DNA of 64,000 nt from assembly GCA_964247055.1 (NCBI GenBank), contig OZ176053.1:9176001-9240000 (forward strand), given 5' to 3'. Positions 39,462 to 52,271 of this stretch are shown one piece after another. This DNA is from Paragordius varius (lineage: Eukaryota; Animalia; Nematomorpha). The notes beneath the pieces are model-generated. The model searched no databases. It worked only from the letters and a program-made list of their open reading frames with translations, and was not told where the DNA came from. How positions within the stretch are numbered: position 1 is the stretch's first letter; every line of letters starts with the position of its first letter. The position numbers and the translations under genes are program-made.

Positions 39462-41683
39462 AAATATTTTTCATAGAATATATAATTGATGAAGACTGTT
39501 TTGTCAGTCATTCACACAGATTTTCTCAAAATATTTTGTGTCTTATATATTTAGCATTTATTTCATCAGTCTTCAAATATTTTATCATTTTTTATTACTT
39601 TTGTCAAATATAAATATTTTTAGTATATATCAAAATTTAATTCATGATATTATATGCTAGAAAGACTCGATGTCTCCGAGGCTTATGACTTTTAATTGAT
39701 ATATTTTTAGAAACATGAACATATAAGTATTTGAGAAACACATTAATGTTTGTTAATTTCACAGGTGAAAAAAAATTTGAAATCTCCTGAATATTATTAA
39801 TATTTAATAAAAATATTCTCCGATTAAAGGTAGCCTAATATGTTCGTATAACACCATAAGATATCGTGTTTACTAATATTTCACAATAGTAGGACAACCC
39901 AAAAATATACAGAATTTTAGAATAACTTACACACTATATATGCCCTAAGAATATTTACTAAGATATTTTAATATATTATTTGTATTATGTATAATATTTG
40001 ATTGATGAGTTGTTGTTGTTGTTAGAGTAAATCCTAAAAATGTTTACCTTTGATTATATAACAAAATCTCTATAAAAATTTTTTTATATGCCAAAACATA
40101 TGGAATAATATGTTAATACTCCATGACCTTTTGAGGTAATTTTATATCCCAGAACGAATTGAAATTAGAATTTCTTTAAAAGTATTTAAGGTATTAAGCC
40201 GAATTGATAACATGCTTTCTTTAGCCTTTTAGGCGCATTATATAATTGTTTTTTTGGTATAATACCTGATATATTTTGTAAATATCTTTCAATTTTTGGA
40301 GCTGTCCGTTTTTAGACTCTATAAGGCACAAAATGTAAAAAATATAAATTTTTTTTCTAATGCATGATTACAACGTTCGATGATTAAATTTTAAATAGCA
40401 TAACTTTCCAAACAGTTGTTTTACTAAATTGGCTGGAATATAAAACCCCAATATGTCAACTAGGACAAAAAAGTGAAAAGGTCTGGAAGTGTTACTATAT
40501 ATATGGATCCACTAAATTTAACCATTCATTATCTTTTGACAACATTTAATAAAATTTGTTCAATATAAACAAAAAAATTGAAATATTTTCTTCAATAATT
40601 GATTAATAATTTATTTACTAACCAGTTTGGCTCACAATTTGTTAAAACAGAAATATATGTTTGTACTAAAAAACATGATGGCAAGCCAGCTTATGTTTTT
40701 TTTGTTAATGTCCTAAAGCCAAAAATGCTATAATACAAATTAAAACGCAAAAATGTCAAAAACATTGGAGTCAATTAACATCTTTGAAAAAAGGGACTTA
40801 CCATAATAATATATATATATGTATATAACATTATAAAAAATATGGAGGTGAATTTCTATTTTTTAAAATTATTATCATAAATATATTTCTGAACAAAAAC
40901 ACAAAAAAATAAGGATTGTGTTTGTTTAAGAGTGAGCATTGTAGGATGAAAAGCATTCAAGTATCACAAACAAACAAATATAATTTTCCGTAATTATAAA
41001 AGTAAAAAGGATTTGTCGTTCAAACAATTTTTTTTAAATTCAATATTTTTCATGAAATAACTGTATAATTGTGCGCATTTTCATATATAATTTTAAAAAT
41101 ATAATAACGTTTAAAATATATGAAATTAGGTCGTTATACCGATTAAATAATTAAGGATATTGAAACGTTAGTGTATTTTATTCACTGAAGATATGTATAT
41201 AAGTATTTCCTTTTATTACATTAATAACGATTTAAAGTTAAATATTAATTATTTTTATATCTTACAAACTTACAATTTGTACAAAGTATATGACCTTTTA
41301 ATCCTTTATTTTAAATCCAAAAGAAATAGTGGACGATATATAAAGGGTGCTTACAACTCTATTTGATACAATTACAGTTTCAAGAAAAGATTTTACATTG
41401 TTTTATATGGTGTCGTGTGGGTTTTTTAAATATTTCATATATTGTTATTATTTCTTTGATACTTGATCCCATATCTAAAACTTTAAATACAAACCCACAT
41501 GCTCATGTTGGTTTATTTGATAATTATGGTACATGTACACTAATTAATCCGATTAAATATTTTGTATCAATATATGTCATCTTAAGCCTTTTCAAATGAA
41601 GTTTCATTTTTATTTACTACCAATTTCAGAAGATATTAATAATTTAATATTTTTAAATTCCTAATGTTACTGACCATCTAGAG

Positions 41684-43452
41684 CAGGGTGGCCAACCTCT
41701 TCTTAAAGATTTAATTTTAAAAATGGTAAATATTAATTTATATTAATTTTATAAATTAGATTGTGCGCCTAAAAAAATCGAAATGCGAAGCAATTTTCCA
41801 GATATTTAAAATTTTGTCTATAACAATTCATGATCTTTTCACCTTTTTTGCGCGATGGATAACTTTACATCCCCTCGCTCTTGTAAATAAACTACTGTTA
41901 AGTTATTTTTCTTAAATTTAATTATCAAACCACTGTTTTCCTGTAGATGTAAAAGCTTATATGTTTTATAGTTTTGTGACTTCTAGAGTCTAAAATTGGG
42001 ACAGCTTCAAAACACGATTGAATGAAACAGCTGATTTTAAATAAATAAATATCGAGTTTTTTCTAGTAATATCTAATCTCAAAGCTTAAAGTTAAGTTAA
42101 TTTGACCATAACATCTATTTGCCATATTATATTAGCGATTTAGAAAAAAATGAAAAAATTGGCTGCGTAAAGTCAAATGAGAAGTTTTTTCCAATTTTAT
42201 ATAAATTTTTTTGTATTACGAGCCTAAAAGCATATTTTTTGGCCTAATACTTTTAATACTTTTTAAGTTATTCAAATTTCAAATCGCTCGATATAAAACT
42301 ACCCCAAAGCTCAGAAGTGTTAATCAATATCAATGTATTGGAAACGAGTGTTTATGTCTTATTATTTTATTTCTTATTAACCCACCACCTCCCTGTTAAA
42401 TTTTAAAATGCAAAAAATTTTGGCTAAACATTCATCAATGAACTAAAAAAAATCAGCATTATCTATAAGATTATTAAGGTATAATTTTCTAATTTCTGAG
42501 ACTGTAGGCACAACGTCTTTTCATAATTTATCTATCATATTTATTTTTTGGCCTTATCAGCGAGATTATAAAATATTAAAAACATGACCTCGAACCGGGT
42601 GATAAAAAGTGGAACCGAAACCGCAGTTGTTTTTAAAGGGTTGAAACCGGATTGGTTAATAAAATGTTGGAACCGGGTTGTTTCCTCAAATTAACGGTTT
42701 ATTTAATAGAATATAATATAACCAAAATATCCACAGCCGAATATGTACCGCTTATGTAACCTTACATGATAAAATTTTTATATTTTTGAAAATCTGTGGT
42801 CAAAAAATCAGTTTGAGGGCATAAATGCGGCCTGTGGGGCGCGATTTAAGTACCACTGATATCTATTGTGGCTCGTTTTTTCGTTATGAGTATATAAACG
42901 CAAGTTTATGATTTTAATATTCAGGAATTGAAAATTATTTAAAATTTTAGAAGTAAAAAAGGCATAACATGCATGGGTTATGGTATTCTTTTTATAAGCT
43001 ATATGACTCCAGCATATAGTTTATTAGTTTTTTACCAGAAGTTTATTCCATTAATTAATTAATTAGGTAAATGTTCTTAATTATAAATCAAAAAATTACA
43101 AATAATCAATCTCTAACTTCAATTGTTAAAAGGTAGATATTTATAAAAAATTAACATGATAATTGAGAAAAATATTATTTTATCAATTAAATATATACAA
43201 ACATATTTTAAAATTATCAAAGCCATTCTTGGAAACCAGAAAAAATATTAACATACAATCAAATTTAAATTTATTTTAATTTATTTTTTTAAAAAAGTAA
43301 AGAACCACCTATTTCGGAGGTGGAACCGGGCTGGTTTCTAACAATTTGAAAATTAAGTCGGGGTTCCTGAAATGTTAGAACCTGGTGGATGGTTTTAAGG
43401 AAGAAAGACACCAATTGTTAAAATATCAAGAACAGGGTAGGTTCAAGCACTG
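41684..43452. mobile_element. Cluster of hAT-type MITE ends and GAACCGG sub-terminal repeats
   Basis: CAGGGTGGCCAAC at 41684, TAAGTACCACTG ending 42858, TTCAAGCACTG ending 43452, and repeated GGAACCGG/GAAACCG motifs. Individual elements could not be delimited. Confidence 0.45.
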
Positions 43453-43786
43453 ATTAAAAACTAAAGCTATATTCAAATATCCAAAAATTATTATATTAGA
43501 TTTATTACATATTTTTATTCTGGAATGGCAAATTTAATTTATGAGAGGGATAATACATAAGCAAGAAGCACTAAAATTGTTCGAAATAATCCATTTATGT
43601 TTGGTCAATAATTTCAAGAAGTCCGCCAGTAATAATAAGCTTGTAATTTCTTAAATTTATCTATTAGAGTTATATGTGAATATGTAGCGACCTATTGCAT
43701 TTTCGCAATCGAATAATGAATTATTCTTCTGTGGCCGACACACAAGTTATACAAAAGAGCGCTGAAAAAGCGGTCGACAAATTGCA

Positions 43787-43990
43787 ATGAGAGTAAACGC
43801 AGGAATTATTTCTTTAATCGTAAACAAAGATGGGAATTATAAAACTATCTTAGAATTTAAATAAAGAAGTGTTCGGTGTTATCAACATGTTATAGTGGAA
43901 GACGCGCTTTGTCCTTATTGTGGATATCAATTAAATGAGCACGGTGAAAACATTCTGATTTACAGATTTTTGATTAAGAAAAGAAATTAA
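43787..43990 (+). pseudogene. Short interrupted reading frame with a CxxC motif, origin unknown
   Basis: ATG-initiated 68-codon frame with one internal TAA (43862-43864): MRVNAGIISLIVNKDGNYKTILEFK*RSVRCYQHVIVEDALCPYCGYQLNEHG…. Confidence 0.2.
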
Positions 43991-44343
43991 AGTCAAATTA
44001 AATAATTTTTTTAATATCGATAATATTTAGCAATTTTATTACAATATATATTCATTTAATAAGGCATGTAAAAATCGTTCGATACGTTTAGGTACAAGGA
44101 TTAACCATTTTTGTGAAAAAACATTTTTGGGATAAAAACAACAATTTGCGTCATTATGTAATAAGCATATTTTTAGATTTTAATATTGCCCCGATTAATA
44201 TAATTTAAATATGCAAAGTTAAAAAGATATATTACAATATTAATGATGAATAAATGTAAAAATTTGATTTTAATAATTTAAAATCAGATGTATAGCCCAT
44301 AAAATTGCATTGAATAGCAAATAAATAAAAATAGCCAAAAATT

Positions 44344-47300
44344 CTAAAAAATTGATTCATGCGATCGTTTCTCCAGAATTTGACCCGATAAAGAGGCTTT
44401 ACCCCGGCGGGAAGTAATATTTTTGACATTTGTTATTATCATTTGATCCTCAAATGGAAGATTGGTATTTTTTAATTTTTGAGTGTTACCATTTTCGGAA
44501 TTATTATTATTTTTATTATTACTTCTGTCTTTAAAAGTGTGGTCTGCATGAAGTGTAAAATAATTTTGAATTACAGATTCGGCAGATTCATCCCCATTCG
44601 GAGAAATGTAAGTTTCTCTTTGATACTTATCAAATGGTGATTCAACTTTGTATTCATTTTTTAATGCAGGCCCAATCGAATTTGCTGTGTGATTAAGGTT
44701 TTCGCGAACACTACTATTGTATAGTACCCCATTAGCCATTTTAGGGGTTTTTGTAGGTGACCGCGAAAAAAAGGCGGATAAACCACCCTGGTTAGCAGTC
44801 GTGGCCGATTGATGTTCAAGTATCTTACTTATTTGCGAAAATGATAATCTAGCCAACGGATCAAACGGCCAACAGTAATTGTAGATGAGTGATTTGATAA
44901 AGTTTGACAAGTAAATACTCGTTGTGGGTGATAAATTATTTGGGTGACCCGAATTTGGACCATGGGGTGAGTTTGAAGATGAGGCCAAGAATTGATTATG
45001 TTGAGTTATTGCATGCATGATAGCGTGTGACTGGGAACCGGTCGTTGTGTTATGCGAAAGAGCAGATGAAGCAATACTGTGATGCGTCTTCCAGGGATTC
45101 GCGTTGTGCGTTAAGAAGGGAGCCAACAAACCGCTTCCAACCTGCCAAATTACGGATTCCGTCGGTTTATCATAAAACGGCCATTCTCCATTTATCATTT
45201 CGTACAACAAGGCACTGTGGGGCGCGCACACATTATATAAATGAGAAAATAGAGTTAATTTTATCAATGAAACATGTCACTAAGTAATTACCTTTTTAAA
45301 ACTACGTAGTAATATATACATTATCCATAAATATATTCCTAGATATATATAATAATTAAGAATACTTAAAAAATTATTAAAGGTTGCGAATTCCAAAAAG
45401 AGCGCAAAAATGTTAACTTTTTTGTAAACAATTAATATTCGCAATTATACCGGATTTACTTTCTAAAAAATTGTTGTATAAATCAAACAGAGCCAGATAA
45501 AGAGGGGATAAATCTTGTATAATTATAGCAGTATAAACAAAATATTACCCATATGAGAAAACATCTGTAGCGTAAGTAAAATTCAGAAGCACCGTTGCTA
45601 GTTGATTAATTGTTCCAACATCATGTTTCGGATAATGATGACTTGAAGTAGTGGATTTACGTTGATCTGTATTATCTGATAACACAGTTTCAATTCTTAT
45701 ATTCCTCAGTATCTCAGGAGCCAGATAGTATATCCATCCAGGTGGTATGGAAAGATAATAAAAACTATGAGCTTTCTCGCCTTCACGTTTGGCTGTTGTT
45801 GCAGGAAAAACGTCATTTAAACTGGTACGCAGAAGTTTAGCCACACAAAATATCCCAAAATCCGAAATAATGATTCGATCGCCGTGTTCAATAAATACAT
45901 TTTTGCTCCGTAAATCTTTGTGACAAATGCCTTTGGCATGTAAGTATCCCATCCCTTGAGCAATTTGTGTAGCATATGACAATACTTTATCCATTGTTAT
46001 GGGATTTCCATAGACATGGATGTGTTTGTACAACGTGGGACCCTTACATAAGCTATAAAAAAACTTAGTCATTTGGGTAATTTAAACGCATTATACCAGC
46101 AGAGCATAAACAATCTAAATCAAGGTGTCTAACATGCGGCCTTCTGAAACATTAACTGCGGCCCACAAAAAATTTGGTTATTTAATTTGCAAAAATATGT
46201 TTATAAAATTTATGCGAAATTGATATATCTTAGATAATCTGAATAAATCTATCCAATAGACAACGAAATTGAAAAAAATGTTATATCGTGCTTGCATTTT
46301 AGAGTCTTATGTTTGAATATTAATAAAATAATTATTAACAATCATGCATATTTCAGATACGGCCCGGAAAGTTATTTGTATTAAAGACCACTGATCTAAA
46401 TATACGGTATGAGGAAATAATTTTTAAATTCATACTTTAATTTTTTTCCGATATCAATATATTTTATTATTTAATATCTTATAGCAACATATAGGTGAAA
46501 AAATTAATATATATCTAAAACCTGGTGACAATAGCATACACCGGCGGTTTTATACAAGCACCCATGAACAGTATTAAATTGTGATGCCTTGTCTTGCGTA
46601 AAATATTAATTTCCATTCGAAATGAATCCAAATACGGCCTATTAATTAAAAAAAATGTAAAGCGATGTTTTCCAACCTGATGCTTAAAATTTATTAAAGA
46701 GTGTAAAAATATTTTAACAAAATTATATTTTAAAACATAAAAAATAATTTTTTTGTTTATTTAATTAAATAAAAATTTATAATGATAAAGGTATGAACTT
46801 TGTCACATTTTTATATTTTAAATAGCGAATTCAATGATGTATGTTTATTAAATATAATTTTGTAAATGCCGGAATGTGATCCCCTTTTTAAGCTAGTTAT
46901 AATAATTAACCGATGGGTCCAAACTTACATTAAAGCATAAAATGGATATAACTTTTAGAAGGGTATAATAAAAAAATAGAGCGCGGTGCAGAAAATAAAA
47001 AGTTAAAAGCCACTAATGTAAAGGACTAAAACTTATTTGTTTCGAAAAATAATGTCACCTATATTTTTTCATAATTTCTTTCAATTTAATCTCCTGGTCC
47101 CGCGCAAATTTTTGGTTCATTAAGGAATCATTCAAAATTGTTTGACTTATTTGTTGTGCACCGTTGTTTGAATTAAAAGTGTTCTTATCTAGTTTATCAG
47201 ATAATTGTTGTTTATTGTCACCGGTTATTTCATGACTATTTAAAGGTGTTTTATTGCGTGACAATATGTTATTGCTATCATTATGGCCTTGGCGGTGATC

Positions 47301-50300
47301 TTTTTTATGGCCAAAGTAGGAACGAAAATCGATACCTTCAATATCAAGTATTTTTATAGCTACTTTACCATGCCAATTGCCTCTAAAATAAATTCATTTG
47401 ATCGATTATTAAATAAATAAATTATATGATTTATAGAATTTTTATATAAAAACCGTCATAAACATTTATGCTTTAATAATAATATATAATAGTTTATTCT
47501 GATAATGTTAATTTAATTATTAGTAAAGTATCTTGTGTTTAAAATATAAAATAAGGCCAATATACCTATAAAGTTAGATTTTTTATTCGCGCGCTAATAT
47601 AAAAATATTTTTAAAATATAATTTACCTGAACACACGTGATTGCCACCCAATGCCGATTAATTCGCCAATTTCGATTTGGTCTATAGGTATCGTCCATTC
47701 TCTTAAAGAAAGCTGTAAAATAGACGTATTTAATGTATAATATATTATGATTTCAATAAATACGTTAAATAACACAAATTAGTTGTTTGCAGTCATAATT
47801 TTTTAATTAATAGTATGATTAATGTATTTATAAACATATATTCACAAGATGAAAAAATAAGAAAATGTTTATCTTACAATTATACCTAATTAATGTAATA
47901 AAACGAGACAAGTTTTGTTAATAAAAAAAATCTTATAAAATGTGCTTAGTATTTACAAAAACGTTTTTTAAGCTATATATCTCATATATGCTAGTGTTTT
48001 CCTGTATTTATCCCATTAAATTAGGGCAACTTGTAAGATATGCCCATCTTTTCCCTTTTTATCATCCAAATTATCAAATAGCTTGTATACAAATTTACGG
48101 TTTGAAAACCCAAACAATACATTTTTGCACAATAGATGCTTATTATATGGTATATAAAAAATGAAGTAAAACTGATTTTGTCCATTGTCGTGTCGGAAAT
48201 TTATCAGGACTGCCTGATCTGGAATCCGTCGTTTGTGATGGGATAGAATCCGTCTCTTCAGTTACGTTAGAATTTGCAGTTTTATTGGGCGAAACAGACG
48301 CTAGGTGTAATTTTAGCGGCTCAGACTCAGGTTTTATCGTACCATGAAAAGAATTATCGATAAAGGGTTTATGTGGATTTGAATCAATAGTTTCATTTTC
48401 GTTTTTAGTTTTGGTTTTATTTGATGGACCAAATTTGTCAACATTATTGGGAAATTGAAGGGATGTGGGGCCCAAAGAATCATCATAAACGAAAATGCAT
48501 GACTTCGGTGCCAGTTTGGTGGATGGTTTATCATCTAAGATGAAAAGAAAATGTTTAGTTTGTAAAAATAGATATACAAAAACAGCAAAAAACTAAGATT
48601 GAATTTACTGTTTTTGAGATAAATGAGATTCAAACATTATTTATTTAATATTTTCAATGTATTACTTGATTTTACTACATAATATGAGTCAACTAACAAA
48701 CTTAAACGAATATAAATTATAAATACGTAATAACAAAACGCATAAAATTTGAAATAAAATGTATATTATTATTATTATAAATTTGTAAGAAAACTTCAAT
48801 TAAGGAATCAAAAACATAATTTTTAAGCGTTTCACCCTCTTTCTATTTAATCAAAGTAAATTCATTTTTTGATATTTCCATTTTAATCCTAAAACCATTT
48901 TTCATACCATATATTAAGTTAACATTTATGTATAGTAAATTAAATACTAATAGTAATAGCGGAGGAAATGCCCGATGAATAAAAAGCAGGAGAATTGGTA
49001 ATATTTGGACTAGAGGGCTGAGATGACGTTGAATAAATGGATGAAGACTCTTTTATAGTAGTTTTGTTTAAAGGTATTGCATGTTGACTACTTACAATTT
49101 CAATATCTAAGAAAATTTATAGCAGATTTTTACAACCTTGAAAACAACGGATATGAAAATATGATTAAGCATATCGAATTCAGTGTCAACAAGAATGATT
49201 ATTTAATGTAATAATAATTAAAATTTTCGTATATATTCAAACTACCAAAATCTTTGATATATAGTAGTATCTTTTTCAATGAATGTAATAAAATAAAAGA
49301 ATATGTAAGATTGATAAACAACTCAAACCATTGTATGTTTCAGGCCACTATTTTCAATTTTTACTTAAAATATATATTTCTTACCGATCCTGTGATGATT
49401 CCAGTTAATATTATTGGACGTACCATGGCCCATAGTTGGTTTATTAAAATTATTAACATCATTATTATTGTTGTTGTAAAAATTGGCGGATTGTAAAAGA
49501 GCTAAATCATCTTTTGAACTTCGCCTTTTTTCGAAGGTATTGCACCGGTTTTCTGAGATAATTTCACGATTTTGGATTTTGTTATTATAGTGTCCATTCC
49601 CTTTACTATCATTTGTATGGAATTTGTGTGCTTCCGCCCCATACAGCAAGGGAATTAAGCAGGTTGTGGATAAAGACCGACGTTTTACATTAAAATTGTA
49701 ATCCGTTGCTTGAGATGATGATGCAGTCATTTTTTTGGTTTTCGGTATGCCTTGTTCGACGGAGGACCAACCCAAAGGCGGTAGCTTTGAATTATATGTG
49801 AGACGAGAAACTAAAGACTCTAGGCGCTGTGACAAATAATTGGATTGTTGCGATTCCAAATGATTATTAAGAAGAATGGTCTCGATTGAACAGTGTTTAG
49901 ACAAACTATCGGCACATTTTGTGTGGCACCTCAATCTAATCATAGAAATAAAGGTATATTGAATGTATAAAAAATATTTTAATGTGTAGAATGAGCAGGT
50001 ATCTATATTGTATCAATAAAATAATTAAAGAGGCTTCTCTAAAAAGCGTATGTCAATATTATAAGAAAATTACAATTTGAATTTAATCTTAGCTATTCAA
50101 TCAAATTTAAATTATATCGCAAATTTTGGATAATTTATTTTGTCTTACGTTCATTTGTATGAATCCAAATATGTGCGCTTTTACTTTTACCTGCTGTTAA
50201 AATATTTTTTATAAATGCAACTCATGCGTTAAAACAATAAATTCCAGCATAAATTTATAATTTTAAATACGAAATAATTGTCTGGTTTAAAGCGATCAGT

Positions 50301-52227
50301 TTTTTCTGTTCTGTGCCATAGTCCGGACGTCAGAAAGTTTTATAGAACAAACATTGTTTACATATAAATTAAAATTATATTTAGATAATTTTCTTTTAAG
50401 CATTTACATACTTAAAAAAATGTCATTTCCCATAAGATGTAAAAAAGCACTTAAAAATTTTATTTTTTATTCATATAATATTCAGCCCAAATCTGTGACC
50501 CTAAAAATATTTTATATAAAATAAATAAAAAAATACTTGCAAATTTTGCACCGCAACCCCATCCACATTGGTTTGCGACAAAATGCACAATCAAAAGACA
50601 AATTTACTGTTGGTACATATCTAAGAATAATTTATTATAAAATTATAACTCGTAATTTTTTGAAAAAATCCCAATATTATTTTAAATATAATGCTATAAT
50701 TTGTTAATTGAAAACGTTTGATTTAAAATATATTTAAGCGAAATTTAAGAATTATCCACAAAACTTATGTCTTGGAGGTAATAAATGTTTTAATTCCTCA
50801 GGATTTTGAACTCTGGCAAGAACCTTTGCTTCCATGCTTGTTTTGTGCATATGATCTCTGTAAAAAATAATTAAAATTCGTTAAAATTTATAAAAATATA
50901 TATTTGCAGTAGTTTCACATATTAGCAATATTATATATCTTATATTTGAGATAAATAGTTGGAGAAAAGTAATATTACAATATAATTGACGGTGAACATA
51001 TAACTAGCGATATATCATACCTATTAATATATAGTATGCTAACATATTATATATTAGGATAAAATGCAGTAGTTCAAATTTTAATAAATTCTAAAATAGT
51101 GTCATTAAGTGTCATTATTACCAAGGAATTAATATTCAGTGAAATTCTTGCATTATTTTAAAGATAATTAAAAATATGGGTTCTTTTCCTTAAAATGTGT
51201 TTTTTCAATCTTAATAAAAAAAATGTACTGTATATCCAGAACTTACCAAAAAATAACTGTCATTATGAATCATAAAAGATAAATTTGGTAAAATATCACT
51301 ATAGATATTTAATTTATTGAAGATATTGTCGGAAAATTTTTTTAACTATTAACAAACATTAACAGAATAATCTTCTAATCATAGGTATCATTTATGGGAC
51401 CATTTTAGCAACATAGCCATAATTTAATCAAAAACTGAAAAAATGTTTTTAACATTTAACAACTTTTGGGCATAATAAGCCAATTTTAACCAAATATTAA
51501 AACGTGGTATAAATTTGTGAAATATATTTTTACAGATTTTTTGGCTTTAATTCCTTTGAATCTTTCAAAGTTTTCCCATTTCCCTTTCTATGAGAGTGAG
51601 GTCCCATAATGTTTTTCAACATATATCTAAGCTTTGCGTAACTTGTTTTGTGTGTATCGGTTGAATGAGGAGAATTCGATTCTGAAATAACATCGTTGGC
51701 TTGTAATTGGTTTGTTAAGGATTTTCTTCGTCTTTCCAGAAGAATGTTTGTTTGTTTAATCAACATATTCAATTTATTGGCTAAATCATATAGTTCTTTG
51801 GTGGATAAAGCTTCATCACTGGATAATTTGATAATGTTTTTCAACGAGTTAAAATCAATGCAGATAAATTTGTGGAAATTTAATTTACCGATAAATATAA
51901 TCTATATTAACAAAAAGACTACTTTATCTGTCTGCAAAGGATCGATCCCGGAAAGTTTTATAAATTTCTTTATATTAGGCTTACTATCGTTTAAACAAAC
52001 ATTTGTAATTGGATTATTCCAAATAAAATATTGTTTGATAAATAATTTTATCAGTTTTTCCTATATTTTATTTAAAAATTAACATATATTGATCTAAGTT
52101 CAGATTCAATTAATGATGTTTGTTTTAAAGGTAGTTGGTTAAGGGCATCGAAATGTTCCATTGTTAAATCAATAAAATCTTCCAAATTGTTATCCACCTC
52201 CGCTAAATCGGTAGGATTTTTGATCAT
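44344..52227 (-). CDS. KSR: Kinase suppressor of Ras (KSR), about 1213 aa, 12 exons
   Basis: Exons 52227-52084, 52060-51923, 51901-51534, 50857-50765, 50620-50537, 49935-49385, 48534-48173, 47712-47627, 47382-47059, 46638-46522, 46052-45549 and 45214-44344 all join in phase. CA1-like N-terminus (VDNNLEDFIDLTMEHFDAL…ELRSIYEKLIKLF), C1 finger (H…CAFCRKPMWMGLRCKICKLRCHTKC), and kinase domain (EWTIP, WHGKVAIK, RKTRH, HKDLRSKN, DFG, YLAPE, DVFSYG). Confidence 0.93.
46121..46393. mobile_element. hAT-derived MITE in a KSR intron
   Basis: Ends CAAGGTGTCTAACATGCGGCC…TAAAGACCACTG; perfect 8-bp TSD ATCTAAAT (46113-46120 and 46394-46401). Confidence 0.9.
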
Positions 52228-52271
52228 ATTGGATTACATTATTATATCATATTGAAACTATTCGTTGTGCG
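52228..52271. promoter_or_regulatory. 44-nt interval between the divergent KSR and PPIL2 start codons (putative bidirectional promoter or overlapping 5' UTRs)
   Basis: KSR ATG at 52227-52225 (-) and PPIL2 ATG at 52272-52274 (+). Confidence 0.6.

Noticed and set aside
43862-43864. Stop-codon reassignment suggested by isolated in-frame stops
   Set aside because: Conserved genes here terminate normally with TAA, TAG and TGA, and none needs readthrough.
46072-46089. Minus-strand GTTTAAATTACCCAA resembling nematode SL1 (GGTTTAATTACCCAAG)
   Set aside because: Imperfect, not followed by a donor or Sm site, and located in the branch-point region of a KSR intron.
21124-52227. Functional clustering of an ALK-type ligand with KSR (RTK-Ras-ERK pathway)
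   Set aside because: They are about 19 kb apart with no shared regulatory evidence; two genes from a large pathway can neighbour by chance.
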